From Isurus oxyrinchus (lineage: Eukaryota), in contig JANJGN010000021.1 of NCBI GenBank assembly GCA_026770705.1, forward strand, positions 111,476,001 through 111,540,000: a stretch of 64,000 nt of DNA, in the 5' to 3' direction. This document shows, in pieces, positions 33,934 through 47,837 of the stretch. The notes below the pieces were generated by a model, which was not told the DNA's origin, ran no database searches, and worked only from the letters and a program-made list of their open reading frames with translations. The position numbers and the translations under genes were made by a program. Within the stretch, counting starts at the first letter, position 1. Each line of letters begins with the position of its first letter.

Positions 33934-36136
33934 TCCAGTGGATACAAGCCTAGCCTGAACAACCTTTCTTCATAAGGCAGCCCGCCCATTCCTGATATTG
34001 GTTTAGTAAATCCCCTCTGAACTGCTTCCAATGCAGCTTATTTACAGATAAGTTTCTAACATGTTCTGTTTCACTTGCAGATGATTCATGGTGGGATTTT
34101 TTTAAAAATTATACATTTTACAACCACAATTTGGGCGGGTCCTCTCACCCCACCTTGCCAACATAAGGTACGGCCAGAGTTGCAATATGACATCCTCACG
34201 TCAGTCCTGGATATTACACAAGGGTGCGGAAATCGGAAGCCTGCCGCCATTTTGAAATCTCCACTTAACAGGCCATTGAGCTTATTAAAGAGCTAATCGA
34301 TCGTATGGAACTCTTTTGTTGCCCACCGCATTGTTCGGGCACTGAACAGGAAAACATTTTGGGATTGCTTTTACAGCAGCTATGAGGAGGCGGCACAAGG
34401 GTGGAAGTAAAGGTCTGTCAATGGCACTATGGCTGAATGTGGCAGCAGAGTCTGCTGGGAAAGGGGACAGTGTAGGATCTTTGACATCAGTTATTAACTT
34501 TTTATAGCCCCCAGTAAGAAATGAAAAGAGATTCAGAGAGTAGGGAGCCTTTAAACTTGTAGCTATGACAGCATTACCCCTTTGTCACATGACATCCCAG
34601 CCTAGACTCCTGATTGGGTACTAAGCCCCTCCAAAATTGGCTGCCTTCCAACTAGGCGGCTGCTAATTGGCCATCTGATGTTTAATGTAACAGCCTGAAA
34701 CAGCAGGGGTGGGAGCGAGCAGACCACTCACTTTCCATTCCACCTAGCTCTCTCACCTTTCCAAAAAACATCAAGTCCAGTCCCTTGGCTATACATTTAC
34801 TGTCTCTATCTACAATGAGCTGCTTGGCATACCCAATCTAATACCCTTGTGTGCCTTTTGGGCTGTTGCTTAAATTCTGTTGATCCTAATCCTGAACTTG
34901 TAAATTTATTTTTAAACCACGTTTTGCCTTCTCATAGGCTTCTAACTTTAACATGATCAACAATTAACATCAGGATACCTTCCAAATTAAAAGAAAGCAG
35001 ATAACTTTTGAAGATATTGCCTACAACTATAAACTTGAGGTGGAAGTGGTGTGGGCTGCAGGGAATTTTGCAAGGAACCTCACGGAATCTGCATGCCCAG
35101 CTAGGGTTGTTGGAACCTCCAGGAATTGCAGACTAATCTCCAGAGCATTAAAAATGAATTCTTTGAATTAACTGATCAGGGGAAAAAAATTACTGTTTCA
35201 CCTACAGTCAAGAATCACCCCATGAAGTCATGAAAATGGGTTCATTTTCCGAATGTCATCACAATCCATGGACCATGGGGACGGATATGTCACAGAATCA
35301 TAGGATCTCACAATGTTACTGCAGAGAAGGAGACCATTCAGTCCATTGTCCTTGTGCTAGCTCTTTGATAGGGCTATCAGGTTTCTCCCACTCCATCCTA
35401 TCCCTGTATTTTACTCCCGTTCAAGTAGTTACCTAATTCTCTTTTGAATATTACTTTTGAATCTGCTCCAACCACCATTTCAATTAGTGCATTCCACATG
35501 TCAACTCGCTGTGTAAAAAAGGTTTCCTCATGTTACTCCTGGTTCTTTTGCCAATCATTTTAAATGTGTGTTCTCTGTCCCTGGAGCCAGCATCTCCTTA
35601 GTGACTATGTCAATGCCACTCATGATATTGAACATCTTGATCAAATCTCTTCTTACCCTCCTCTGTTTTAGGGAGTACAAGCCCAGTTCCTCCAGCCTTG
35701 CCACATAAATGAAGTTCCTGATTGTTGGAACCATATTCCACCTGCTCCAAGCTTGGCTTTGACTTCCTTTCTAAAAGTGTGGAGCTCAGAATTGAGCATA
35801 TTAACCAATGCTGAGGCCTCCCTTTCTCTAGCAGTCCCTCAAAGAGAGGAGGATGCTTGTCACAGAGTTGTGGCAAGAGCGTTTTAATGTGGAGATGCAG
35901 TTACTCTGCAGCTACCACTCAGTTCTGGCTGACCAGTTTCCCACTTTTACCACCTGCCGTGGAGGTATCAGAAGGATTCACAGCCTGACCATCAACCAGC
36001 TCAGCCACACTACGTGCCACATCCATGGCCGTCAGGTCCTGAGGTAGGACTCAAACCTGGAGCTTCTGGTTCAGAGGTAAGGACACGACCACAAGATCTC
36101 CTGCAGCTGAGGTCTAAATAGTGTTTTAAGAAAAAA

Positions 36137-36248
36137 GGCCTGGATTTTCCAGCCCCGTCCTGGGCGATTCACTGGCCCAGTCTAAAGTCCATTGACTGTC
36201 GGCGGGACTGGATGACCCAGTGGTGGATGAGGCTGGAAAATCCCGCCC
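36137..36248. mobile_element. Harbinger-type MITE
   Basis: 18-bp TIRs GGCCTGGATTTTCCAGCC / GGCTGGAAAATCCCGCCC with AAA on both flanks; similar MITEs at ~9567-9685 and ~42937-43052. Confidence 0.65.
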
Positions 36249-36421
36249 AAAGTTTTTGTACATTTCCTGAACTTGTCCTGCCACCTTCAAAGAACTGCAT
36301 ACCCAGGTCTCTGAACCATCTTTAAAATTGGACCACATTTCCCAGTTGTGAGTAATCTGCAAATTTTGAAATTATGCATAACCAATTCCAGGTTGTTAAT
36401 ATATTTTATATATCTATATTT

Positions 36422-36501
36422 TTGTGTGTTTTTGTGTGTGTGTGTGTTTGTATGTGTATGTGTGTGTATGTGTGAGCGTATGTGTTTGTATATGTGTGTG
36501 T
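36422..36501 (+). repeat. Imperfect (TG)n microsatellite running into the gap
   Basis: Directly visible. Confidence 0.9.
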
Positions 36502-36739
36502 NNNNNNNNNNNNNNNNNNNNNNNNNNNNNNNNNNNNNNNNNNNNNNNNNNNNNNNNNNNNNNNNNNNNNNNNNNNNNNNNNNNNNNNNNNNNNNNNNNN
36601 NNNNNNNNNNNNNNNNNNNNNNNNNNNNNNNNNNNNNNNNNNNNNNNNNNNNNNNNNNNNNNNNNNNNNNNNNNNNNNNNNNNNNNNNNNNNNNNNNNNN
36701 NNNNNNNNNNNNNNNNNNNNNNNNNNNNNNNNNNNNNNN
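36502..36739. other. Assembly gap (238 N)
   Basis: Run of n. Confidence 1.
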
Positions 36740-36974
36740 TATCGAACAGCTACTGACTGCTGAGAGCATTACTGCACGTCCAGCAACCAATGACAAGAAT
36801 TTGGGGGCGGGATGATTAGAGGCAGGAGGAATATTTCCAACCAAAGTTGGCAACATTCTTCCCAGGCTATCTGCCTTGTTTAGGACAGTAAGTATTGTTC
36901 TTGATCCCGCAGCGAGGCGCATTTGGATAAACCCCAGTGAAGTGGAAGTCACAGGGAAGCAGTGAAGCTGGAAA

Positions 36975-39900
36975 ATGGCATCAAAAGAGCAAGCTGAGAG
37001 TTTGGCTAAATATTTAAACTGCCCCATCTGCCTGGAGCTGTTCAGGCAGCCGGTGATTCTGGACTGTGGTCACAACTTCTGCCAGCCCTGCATCAGAGTG
37101 TACTGGGAAAAGGGTGAGAGAAACTTGTGCCCAGAGTGTCGCAAAGTGTCGAGAGAGAGCAGCCTGAGGATCAACCGGGCTCTGGCCAATCTTGCGGACA
37201 AAGTCAGGAACCTGAGGCTGGCTCCGGTGAAGTATGAACACTCCGTCCCCACCAGCCTGGGGTGCCGGGGGGCTCCCAGTCTACAGTTGAAAGTGAAGGG
37301 TCCGGACATCAAACTGTACTGCAGCGAGCATCAGGAAGAGCTGAAACTCTTCTGTGAGACTGACAAAGAGTTGATCTGTGTGATGTGTCTGGATGGGAGA
37401 GGAGGTCGGGGTCATAAGTTCCATGATTTTATGCTCATTCACGAAGCGGTCATCAAGTACAAGGTAAAACTACCGCCGGTTTTGAATCAAAAATGATAAA
37501 CAGAAAGTGCTGGAAAAACCCAGCAGGCCGGGCAGCAGCTGTGGAGCGAGAAGCAGGAGTTAACATATCGAATCCAATACGATTCTTCCTCGGAACTGTT
37601 TTGTACCTATAGCAGGAAGAGTTTTTAGCTTTGGAACAAAGCAAGCGATGTCAGATTGAAGGCCCATGATGCACCTCACCCAAAAATCAGGGATGGTGGA
37701 TGGTGAGGAGGCTAATTCAACAGCGCTCGTTTTGTTCCATCTCCTGCATCTCAAATTGCTCCCCTACGTGATTGTAGCACGGTGGATGGTGTTTCTGCCT
37801 CTGGGCCAGATGTTCCAGGTTCAAGTCCCACCTCAACATTTGATGGCCAAGGGCTGCATAATGTAGCCCAACTGACTGAACACCAACCTGCAAATCCTTC
37901 CAGTCTACACTAATGGTGGGCAGGAAGAGCAGGAGAGATTCCTGGTCAGCCGTTTGATGGAAAGAACATCGGAGGTTCTACCATCACCACCTATAGCTCC
38001 AGCTGACAGCATGCATGTTGTCACGGGAACTTGGACAGCTAAATGAATTGGAACCCATCCATCACTACCCCACCCAATGCATTGTCTGGTTTCTCACCTC
38101 GACATATAAACGTTTCTTCAAAATAATTGTTTTAACCCTAGGATAGACTGAAATCATCCTTGGACAAGCTGAGGCAGAAGATCACTGTTCTTGAAGCCAA
38201 GTTGAAAGAAAAACAGAGCATTTCAGAAATTGGAGTGAGTTCCCTCCATGTTTCTTTCTGTCTGTCCTTTTTGGTGCTATAGATTTTACCCCTTTTCTGT
38301 GTTTGTTGCACTGCTGTTTTCCACAGGAGAAGTCAACCAGTCTGCAGAACCTCATTTCATCCGAGTTCGCGAAAATGCACCAGTTCCTCAGCAGGAAAGA
38401 AGAGAGCTTGATTCGGGAGCTGAAAGATCACGAAAAGAACATTTCTGAAGCGATGGAGAAGAGCCTTCAAGAGATAAAGGATCATTTAGATTCCATTCAG
38501 CAAAAGCTTTTGCACTTGCACAGCAAAATGGACCAAAGAGAGTCGATCAACTTTTTGGAGGTACAAGGGTCATGGAGAATGGGGAAATGTTTGTTATATT
38601 CAGCCACATTCAGTGTTTAATTTGCAGCTTGAAAATACCTAATCTTCATGATTTCACTTGCATAGCATGCAGACACATGTTCTTTGAGAAGAACCACAGG
38701 TTGGCAAAACAAAGTGCAGATCAGGAAGTAAAAATGTTCAAACAGGTTTTAATTTTCCAAACAGCTTTGAGTTTGTATCCTCTTGAAGAGCATTCTTCAA
38801 TTGTTGGTCAATGAGGCTACACACACCCAGTGGATCAAATCTCTAAATGTCTCAATTCGGGCACTTTTAAGATAGGAAACATCCTCATTCTAATTTTCTG
38901 GGCCAAGAACATAGTAATGAGCGATGAATGACTTTATTATTCTGCACTGATCTGAATCTCGCTGAGATTGCAAGTTGTAGTTTTTGTGCGAGTTATTGTC
39001 CAGCTGGGAAAATGACTATGGGGGGCAGGCAAGAAAGTGAAGTTAAGACCACAATCAGATTAGCCATGGCCTGATTGAATGGCGAGCTAGGCTTAAGAAG
39101 TGAAATGGCCGACTCCTGCTCCTATTTCTTATGTGAAACATGAGAGTGGGAGGAAAGCTGGTTTCACAGCCCACCCAACATTAGTCTCGAAGATAAAAAT
39201 AAAATACTGCAGACGCTGGAAATCTGAAATAAAAATAGGAAATGCTGGAAAAACTCAACAACTTTGACAGCATCTGTGAAGAGAGGGACAGAGTTAACGT
39301 TTTGAGTCTGTGTGAATTCTTCTTCAGAAGAGTCATATGGACTCGAAACATTAACTCTGTTTCTCTCTCCACAGATGCTGTCAGATCTGCTGAGTTTTTC
39401 CAGCATTTTCCGTTTTTACAACATTATTCTGTTTTGACTTAATTGAGTGGAATGTGAAACTAGCCTTACACGCTGGACGGGATTTTCCAGTACCATCCAC
39501 TGCAGGACTGGAAATTCATGGGTTTGGATTTTATACTCCATAAAATTCCCAGTATTCTGAAGCTACATGAGCTAGGTTCTGATGAAGATTCATTCGGACT
39601 CAAAACGTTAACTGTATTACTCTCCGCAGATGCTGTCAGACCTGCTGAGTTTTTCCAGGTGTTTTTGTTTTGGCTAGGTTAATACCGCCCTCACTGGAAC
39701 CCATGCCTTCAAATTGCAGTATTCAAATCTGTCCGTGTACTGCACCCACTGAATGGACTAACATCAGTGTTGAAATGGAGAGATTGGAGGCTGGGGGCAG
39801 GAGGTTGGGGATGGGGGGGGGGGCAGTGGAATGCAGTGGTGGTGGGGAGTGGGTGGGGTGCAGATTTGAAACCAAGGGATTTGTGTGCCAATATCCGATT

Positions 39901-42900
39901 ATGTCAGAAATTATTATTACTATGCCAGCCCTTGGCACATTGTAGTGGAATGCTTTTTTCCATTAGTCTGGAGAGCTGTTAATCAAGCTAAAATAAAGGG
40001 TTAAAATATAGGTAAAAGAATTAATAAATGGAAAGATCAAGCATTGTAGTGCCAACAGAAGTTCCGAGGCTCACTTCTGTGGTATAGGAACAGCAGGAGG
40101 CTTTTGTACCATTCAGTTGGATCATGGTCAACCTGTATCTTAGCTCCATTTACTCACCTTAGATCCATGTTCCATGATACCTTAGCCAGTAAAAAATCTA
40201 TCAAACTCAAGTCTTGAAAGCTCCAATTGTCACAGATCCACAGCCTCTTGAAGGAGAGAATTCTTAATTTCTATACCAATTCTGTACAAAATGGTCTCAT
40301 CTCATGTGAATTTGTGCCTCTCCTGCTCTCCCCTATTTGAGGTTTGGTTATTTTGGTGCTGCGTTTGATGCTGTCCTGTCCTAACACTATCACCAGTGCG
40401 ATACAATACCCAGCTAAGACACCTCTTCTATTTTACCTTTAGGAAGAAGCTTGTGGACAAAAGAGGTAATGCAAAGTTCTTCACAGAAGCACTATATATA
40501 AACCAAAAAAATGATATTGTTTAAGGTCACTTTGTAATGCCAATTATTATATGTTTGCTTTATTAGTGAAGACAGTCACCGCATTTTAACCAGTGGAAAT
40601 CTGCCTCTGGGACTGTTCAAAGGACCTTTGCAGTATACAGTGTGGAGACAGATGATCGACACCATCTGCCCAGGTAAGAAGTTATTGCTGAAAAAGAGAC
40701 ATGTCAAAGTTTTTCGTCTTGCGTTCACCAGGTTGCTCGCAACAATACCAATATAAGGGGGAAAACAACAATTTATACTATATGTGAAGAGTGGCATTGC
40801 CACTTGCCAACCAATCAGCATCTCTTCACATACAGTATAAATTGTTGTTTCCCCCCGTATATTGGTATTCTTGCAATTGACCTGATGAGTGCAAGACAAA
40901 AGGCTTTGATATGTCTATTTTCAGAAATACACAAGTTCTGTGCTATCAAACGACTATAAGAAGCTGCTCTCGATGTATAAAAGAAAACTCAGATAAAAGA
41001 AACTTTAAGCAAGAAACATTATTATGATGCATAATTTGCTTTCCAGAGATTGGATACAATTGCTTTGTTAACCACAGTCTCAAACCAGGGGTCACAGTCT
41101 CAGGATACAGGGCAGGCCATTTAGGACTGAGATGAGGAATAATTTCTTCACTCAGAGGGTGGTCAACCTGTGGAATTTTCTACCACAGAAGGCTGTGGAG
41201 GCCGGGTCACTGAGTATATTCAAGAAAGTAATTGATAACTTTTTGGACCTTAGGGGCATCAAGGGGTACAGAGAAAAAGCAGGAATATGGCGTTGAGATA
41301 GAGGATCAGCCATAATCATATCGAATGGCGGAGCAGGCTTGAAGGGGCAAATGACCGACTCCTGCACCTAGTTTCTATGTTTCTATGCTAATGGTTGGAC
41401 AAACTCCTCAGATATATTGAACAGATTTTGAAAATGTCGCTCAGTCTTAACCCTGAACTTGTGATTAACCTACTCATTATAGAATCTGCCAGATTGTAAG
41501 TCAGCAGTGCAACTGAAAATCAGGCACATTAAAAACCTTCCCCACCTCGATGGCAGTGAAATGACACTAATACTCTGTCGCTTTTTCAATATCCTTCTTC
41601 TCGCCTGCAAGGTTGGACAATAGTTAATTAGCTCAGTGAAAAGAAAACATTTTCTTTTCCAGTTATAGCTGATACAATGTGAAAGCAAGTATTTTAATAA
41701 CGCATTGTCCTCCAAAACTATACAACCATTAAATAGCCCGATTAAAAATAAACATTGTATATTAACAGAACAAAATGTGCTTATGATGCATCTGTGACCA
41801 AAACAAGTGTCCACTAAGCAATTTTAGCCCAGTCAACTGCAGCTATAAATGTTTATTTGTTGTTCTTTTCAGTTATATGGATACCAAACTGTCCTTGCAT
41901 CTGACAAACTGATAACATTTGATCAGTGTGTTTTCTCATTCTGTTCTCACAGTAATATTAATACCATCCTCTTTTCTAAGAGTACTATCTGTGGTTTGCT
42001 CCATATGTTGCGCTAGATGGCCTTTGTCAGAAAGTCGCAAGCACCACTAATGCTGCTTAAAAAATAACTCCACCATGAAATTCTCAGGTGAAATCGGTTT
42101 ATGCCAGTTTGACGTGAAGACTATTGGAGAATTTTGGCCGCTTGCTTTATACCAAGCATGATCTTATTTTCCAATGAAACTGGACATTGGGAAAGAGCAC
42201 AAATCAGGCAGAATTATACTGGCCATCACGTTATGCGACTTGCCTGATATTTAAGTTAGCGGAACCAAATGTCAGGTGGAGTGTATAACAGACGATGGAT
42301 TTTGTGGGGAAATGGTAGCTAGTGGGAATGTCACGGGGCTAGTCATTCAGTTTAATGCTCTGGGGACATGAGTTCAAATCCCACCATGGCAGCTGGTGGA
42401 ATTTAGCTTCAATTAATAAATCTGGAATTAAAAGCTAGTCTCAGTAGTGGTGACCATGACAACTTTCATTGATTGTCATAAAAACCCATCTGGGTTCACT
42501 AATGCCCTTTAGGGAAGGAAATCTGCTGTCCTTACCTTCTCTGGCCCACATGTGACTCCAGACCCACAGCAATGTGGTTGACCCTTAACTGCCCTCTGAA
42601 ATGGCCCTAGCAAGCTGCTCAGTTCAAGGGTAATTGGGGATGGGCAACAAAAGCTGGCCTTGCCAGCGATGTCCACATCCCATGAATGAATCTGAAAAAG
42701 AAATGTGATTAAATGAGGATGAAACAGGCTCAAAGCAAATCAGCAGCCTGTTTCGCACAGCTCTGCATTTGTATTTTCCACTGACTTCAGTAAAGAAAAT
42801 TGGACAAGTCATAAAATAGGCTTCTGATTCCCTAACATCCAATTGTTTTAACCTGGTGATAAAAGCTATCATTATCCCACTTCAGTCTTTTTACCTTCGC

Positions 42901-44230
42901 CCTTTATCAGTGACTTTCCAGCCAATGGAAATAGTGGCCAGAATTTTACAGCCGGGTCACAGCGGGTGTGGGGCTGTAAAATGCGATGAGCCATTGTAAA
43001 CTCCATTGATGCCGGCGGGAACGTAAAATCCCACTGTCACAATATTCCACCTAGTGTTTCCTTATTGAACCAAAGTTTGCTTTTTATAACTATCTCTACA
43101 CAGTTTCCCCAGAACCTTCTGCACTCCTCTTGAAATCAATCTCATTATTTGAAGTCACTGATACCTTGCAGTCCTGATGATTAGAGGGGGCTTCGGATTG
43201 GGGAATTTCCTTCAATCATCAGTGAATTATAGAATAGAATAAAAGCAGAAAGTACTGAGCCTCAGCAGATCTTGCAGCATCTGTGAGAAGAGGGAGTGGT
43301 AATGATAGTATAATTTAATACTTTCATAACACTTTGATACTATCATTACCGCTCCCTTTGCCTTTGGTACCATATCATCTTTGCCCTTTAACTTCCAAAC
43401 CCTCTAACCTATGACCTTCTCTTTTGCTCCACCTGCCCCTCTCCCTTTCTCAACAGCATAAAACCCATCGCAGTTCTACCTCTCTTCAGCTTTGAAGAAG
43501 AGTCGTATTGGACTCAAAATGTTAACTCTCTTTCTCCCTTCTAGCACTTTCTGTTTTGATTTCAGGCCTCCAGCATCCTCAGTATTTTACTTTTATAATA
43601 GAACAGTACAGGTGCTTTGATAAGTGATAGCCATTTTGTGACAAAATAATTCAAGTATCCATCTTTTTGTTTCTCTTGCTTCCAGCTCCAACTTGCCTGA
43701 CTCTGGATCCCAATACAGCACATTCCTGGCTCATCCTGTCTGAGGACCTGACCAGCGTAAGGTACGGAGATCAAGGACAGTTGCTGCCCGAGACACCAGA
43801 AAGGTTCTACCCATGTGTGTGTGTCTTGGCATCGGAGGGATTCACGTCGGGGAAGCACTACTGGGAAGTTGAGGTGGGAGACAGTGCTGAGTGGGATCTT
43901 GGAGTGGTCGCCGAGTCCATCAACAGGAAGGGAGACATCACAGCAATGCCAGAGGCTGGCTACTGGATTGTGTGGCTGAGAAGGAGTGAATATAAAGCTG
44001 GTACATTGCCGCGCACCATCCTGACTGTGAGTGTCAAACCCAGGAAGATCGGGGTGTACCTGGACTACGAGCAGGGGCAGGTATCGTTTTACAATGCGGA
44101 CAACATGTTCCATCTCCACACTTTCAGCGACATCTTCACTGAGAAACTCTATCCTTTCTTCAGTCCTTGTTTGAACGGCAATGGAGAAAACACAGAACCA
44201 CTAAAGATCTGCTCTGTTAAAGGTCATTAA
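36975..44230 (+). CDS. TRIM E3 ligase (RING, B-box2, coiled-coil, B30.2/PRY-SPRY), TRIM39/TRIM27/NF7-like, 496 aa. Exons 36975-37463, 38142-38234, 38327-38560, 40443-40465, 40567-40673, 43686-44230
   Basis: [21 protein letters not shown]; B-box CSEH...LFCETD..ICVMC..H. Exon sizes 489/93/234/23/107/545 with GT-AG and consistent phases (0,0,0,2,1), the typical class-IV TRIM layout. B30.2 motifs [32 protein letters not shown]. Confidence 0.93.
39189..39418. mobile_element. Non-autonomous Penelope-derived hairpin element (TRIM intron 3)
   Basis: Inverted arms meeting at ~39320 within hammerhead-like cores; TSD CAACATTAKTCT (39176-39187 / 39419-39430). Confidence 0.8.
39579..39672 (+). mobile_element. 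Solo Penelope terminal fragment starting at the CTGATGA hammerhead core
   Basis: CTGATGA-A-GATTC-ATTCG-GACTC-AAAACGTT; TSD GCTAGGTT (39571-39578 / 39673-39680). Confidence 0.75.
41085..41388 (+). mobile_element. CR1 3' end
   Basis: AGGGGTCACAGTCTCAGGATA...TTTAGGACTGAGATGAGG...ACTCCTGCACCTAGTTTCTATGTTTCTATG tail. Confidence 0.8.
42310..42700 (+). mobile_element. tRNA-derived SINE
   Basis: Same family as 17610 (GAGTTCAAATCCCACCATGGCAGCTGGTGGAATTTA...). Confidence 0.78.
43238..43595. mobile_element. Older Penelope-derived element with inverted ends
   Basis: Reverse-oriented terminal motif at ~43240-43300 and forward TGAAGAAGAGTCGTATTGGACTCAAAATGTTAAC...CCTCCAGCATCCTCAGTATTTT at 43490-43595. 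Confidence 0.55.
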
Positions 44231-47200
44231 CACCGTAGAACGTCAGTTTTCATGCAATACTTTTTTCTCTCTTTATTCAACTATTTGCTTTTAAATGTTA
44301 TTACCAGCAGAAGAGTGGAGACACTTAGAATAATCTAAGGCTTCACAAGCAGAAAAAGCCATTCAATGGAGTGCGAGGGGCAGGGCATGGAGTGAATGGA
44401 GGGGGGTGGGAGGTCATTGATTGCTTCATTCCACACTATCGTTGTTTCCTCCTTTAAAAGTCCAAACAGATATGTCCTTCACTCACTGTGTGAAAACCAA
44501 AAACAGCAGAGCTTGGTGAGTGTAACCCAAATATGGCATATTCAGTGTCCAAAAAATCTAGGCGCAGCAGTAGGACATGTAGAAGATCGAAGTACAATGG
44601 TAACAAATGCATGGTTTCCTATAGTGCACCTCACATCCAAAAAGGTCCTTCAGCAGTCCTTACATTAAACTTCTAAACATAGAGCATGAAGGAGGCAGGA
44701 AAGAGGGAGTTAGTGAGGTGAGAATATGGGCACTTTGGGTCAGGATGCCTCTGTGTTCATGGAGCTAGATGTGGGGTAGCCAGGAAGGGGAGTGTTCAGG
44801 TGCTAAGCTCTGGAATAGGGTACAGTGGCAGGGGTAGGCACAGGGCCAGCTGGTGAAAGAAAGGTCTTGGGATCCCATCACAAGTCTGAGAGGAACCTGA
44901 GCTGCAATTGCAGCTCTGTTCTTCCAGGAATGGGAGAGGCAACAGTGAGGGCACATTGACTATTCTGACAGTGTGATTCATCCACAGGATGTGGTGATCG
45001 CTGGCAGTTATTGCCCATCCCTAATTGCCCTTGAGGGGATGAGTGAGACACTTTCTTGCCAACTGAGTCAGTTTGCTAGCCCATTTCAGAGGGTAGTTCA
45101 GAGCCAACCACATTATTGAGATTCTGGAATTGCAAATAGGCTAGAGCAGGATAAGGACTTCCTTATGTTAAGTTTATTTCCCTTAAGCTTACCTTTACAA
45201 CAATTTAGTGCGTATATAGTCACCATTTTCTGATGCTGGTTTGTTTTCCTTTTAAATTCCATATTTATCTAATTAACTGAATTTAAATTCCAAACTGTTG
45301 TGATGGGATTTGAACTGATATCATTGGATCAATTGCCCAAACCATTTAATTACTAGCCCAGTAACCTAACCACTATACTACCATTTACTGAGGTGGATGT
45401 GAGTTATGGAACAACACTTAGAAGGATACATCAACCTTCCTCACTGATTTCTGCATCTACGCATGTTCCTTTTCCACGTCACAACATGGTTATTGAAATC
45501 AAGTTTGTAGAAAGATGCTGAATGACAAAGCATAAAGAACCCTGTACACAGGACTCCATTAGCACATTGAACACAATGGATGAAATACGATTCAATGCAA
45601 AGGTATACAGAAATCTCCCTCAGTCTAAAATTAAACAACACAATCGACGAAAAACCCTTTCACAGAACATGGAATGCTTTAAAACATTGGGCAGCATTTT
45701 TTAAAATTTTAATTTGAAGGATTTTCAATCATAAAACTAATTCTCCACTCAACCTCTCATTAACAGACTAAACCAATCTAATGAGTTATATTGGGGCTAT
45801 CAGTGATTGGTTTTCACTATTTAGTCTTGTCAACTAATCAGAATTGAGGGGTACTTTTTAGTACATTGAGCTATTAGTTTTTGTTTGTCTATAGTTTGGG
45901 TGCCACAACTGGACCAAAGACACACAATGCATTTGAAACAAAGGGAAGAACTTGCATTTGTATAACACCTTAGGACATTGCAAAGTGGTTTACAGCTAAT
46001 GACGCACTTCTGTGCAGTGACTATTGTAATATAGGAAACATGGCAGTCAATTTGCATGCAGTGATGCCCAATATACAGCAATGAGTGAGATCATCGGCTT
46101 TTATTGGCAGTCTTGACCAAGGGGTAAATGTTGGGCACAACACTTGCCCTTATTCCAATAGTGCTGTAAATGACCATACAAAGCCTTGGTTTAAGATCTC
46201 ATATGAAAGACAATATCCTTGATAGTACAGCACTCCATCAGTACTCCACTGAAGTCCAGCCTAGATTATATCTTGGTGATATTTAGTGCAGTGTAACAAA
46301 CTCATGGCAACTAGCTATAGACACTCCTGCAACATTAAGTAACACACTTAATTGCACTGAGAAACATTGGAGCACAGAGTCAGAGGAGAATTAAAATATG
46401 GACAATACCCCCCTCAACATTGCACTGGCAGCATCAGCTTCGATTGTGCGTTCAAGTCACTGGACTGGGGTTTGAATTCACCACCTTCTGCCTCAGAGGT
46501 GAGAAAGATGTACAAAACCTCATGAAGAGAAGCTTCCTGGAAAAGTATATATATAAAATACCTGGTGAGTCCAGGGTTGTGTGAAATATCACTTACAGGG
46601 TGTGGAGTCTGTTTGATTGGTTTGGATCTTTTAAGTCCACAATGGCTGATGAAAATGAGAAGCATCTGGTCCATGCCATTCTCTATCTTTTGTTAGAGTG
46701 ACACTTTGCCCAATTTGGGCATCTCAGATTCTTCCAATTATACTACGTTGGAATGTCGACAGCATCTAAGGACATTCAAGGCAGTTCATTCATTCATTCA
46801 AGACTCCAGTATCTCACCAGATCAATAGTTTTCTGAGCTAACCTTCGATTGAAATGGGACAGCTCTTTCAAAGTGTTGAATGGGCCGAAGGGCCTCTTTC
46901 TGTGCAGTATAATTCTATGAATTGGAACACTAGAGATGGAGTGAGAAATAACCCGTTGAGTCATTAAGCATTATGCTATAATAAATTCTGCTCTTCATAT
47001 TTCCTCCTTTAGTATTTTGATAAAACCAATCCCGGCAGGATCTGCGATATTTATGTGAAGGCTTCCTTAAACCTGACCAGTTGCCAGAGTTCTCTTGTTT
47101 TGTATTTTCCTTTCAATAGTTTCTGGTTATGACTATTTCTTTCTTCGTAAAAACTACAAATAAATATTATTTTGTTGAACTCCTGGAGAAATATGAAGCA

Positions 47201-47323
47201 TGGGTGTGCCCTTGTATCACTTCCTCCAGAAGACATTAGAAATCTGAGCTAACATTGTTGTCCTTTCATATTGCAACATTCTAAGCCCAAATTTGCAGAA
47301 GTGCCAAACAGTGGTTTTATATT

Positions 47324-47837
47324 AAAAACAAAAACAGAATTACCTGGAAAAACTCAGCAAGTCTGGCAGCATCGGCGGAGAAGAAAAGAGTTGACGTTTC
47401 GAGTCCTCATGACCCTTCGACAGAACTTGATTTCGAGTCCAAGAAAGAGTTGAAATATAAGCTGGTTTAAGGTGTGTGTGTGGGGGGCGGAGAGATAGAG
47501 AGAGAAAGAGGTGGGTTGTGTAGACAAACAAGCAGTGATAGAAGCAGATCATCAAAAGATGTCAGTGACAATGGTACAAAAGAACACATAGGTGTCTACA
47601 CAACCCACCTCTCTCTATCTCTATCTCTCCGCCCCCCACACACACACCTTAAACCAGCTTATATTTCAACTCTTTCTTGGACTCGAAATCAAGTTCTGTC
47701 GAAGGGTCATGAGGACTCGAAACGTCAACTCTTTTCTTCTCCACCGATGCTGCCAGACCTGCTGAGTTTTTCCAGGTAATTCTGTTTTTGTTTTGGATTT
47801 CCAGCATCCACAGTTTTTTTTTTTTGTTTTTATCTCT
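47324..47837. mobile_element. Young non-autonomous Penelope-derived foldback element with 14-bp TSD
   Basis: About 200-bp near-perfect inverted arms (47324-47526 / 47593-47793) around a ~66-bp spacer; perfect TSD AGTGGTTTTATATT (47310-47323 / 47838-47851); the terminal ~100 bp are nearly identical to the PLE at 30663-33933. Confidence 0.92.

Larger units (their letters stand above)
30240..34036 (-). mobile_element. CR1 3' fragment (30240-30662 and 33934-34036) split by the Penelope insertion
   Basis: The CR1 peptide ...YEERLFRLGLYPLE (33798-34031 ORF) continues as YPLEFRRVRGNLIETYK (30339-30782 ORF) on the other side of the insert. Confidence 0.85.

Noticed and set aside
36287-37027. ORFs spanning 36287-37027
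   Set aside because: Artefacts of the N gap and the TG microsatellite.
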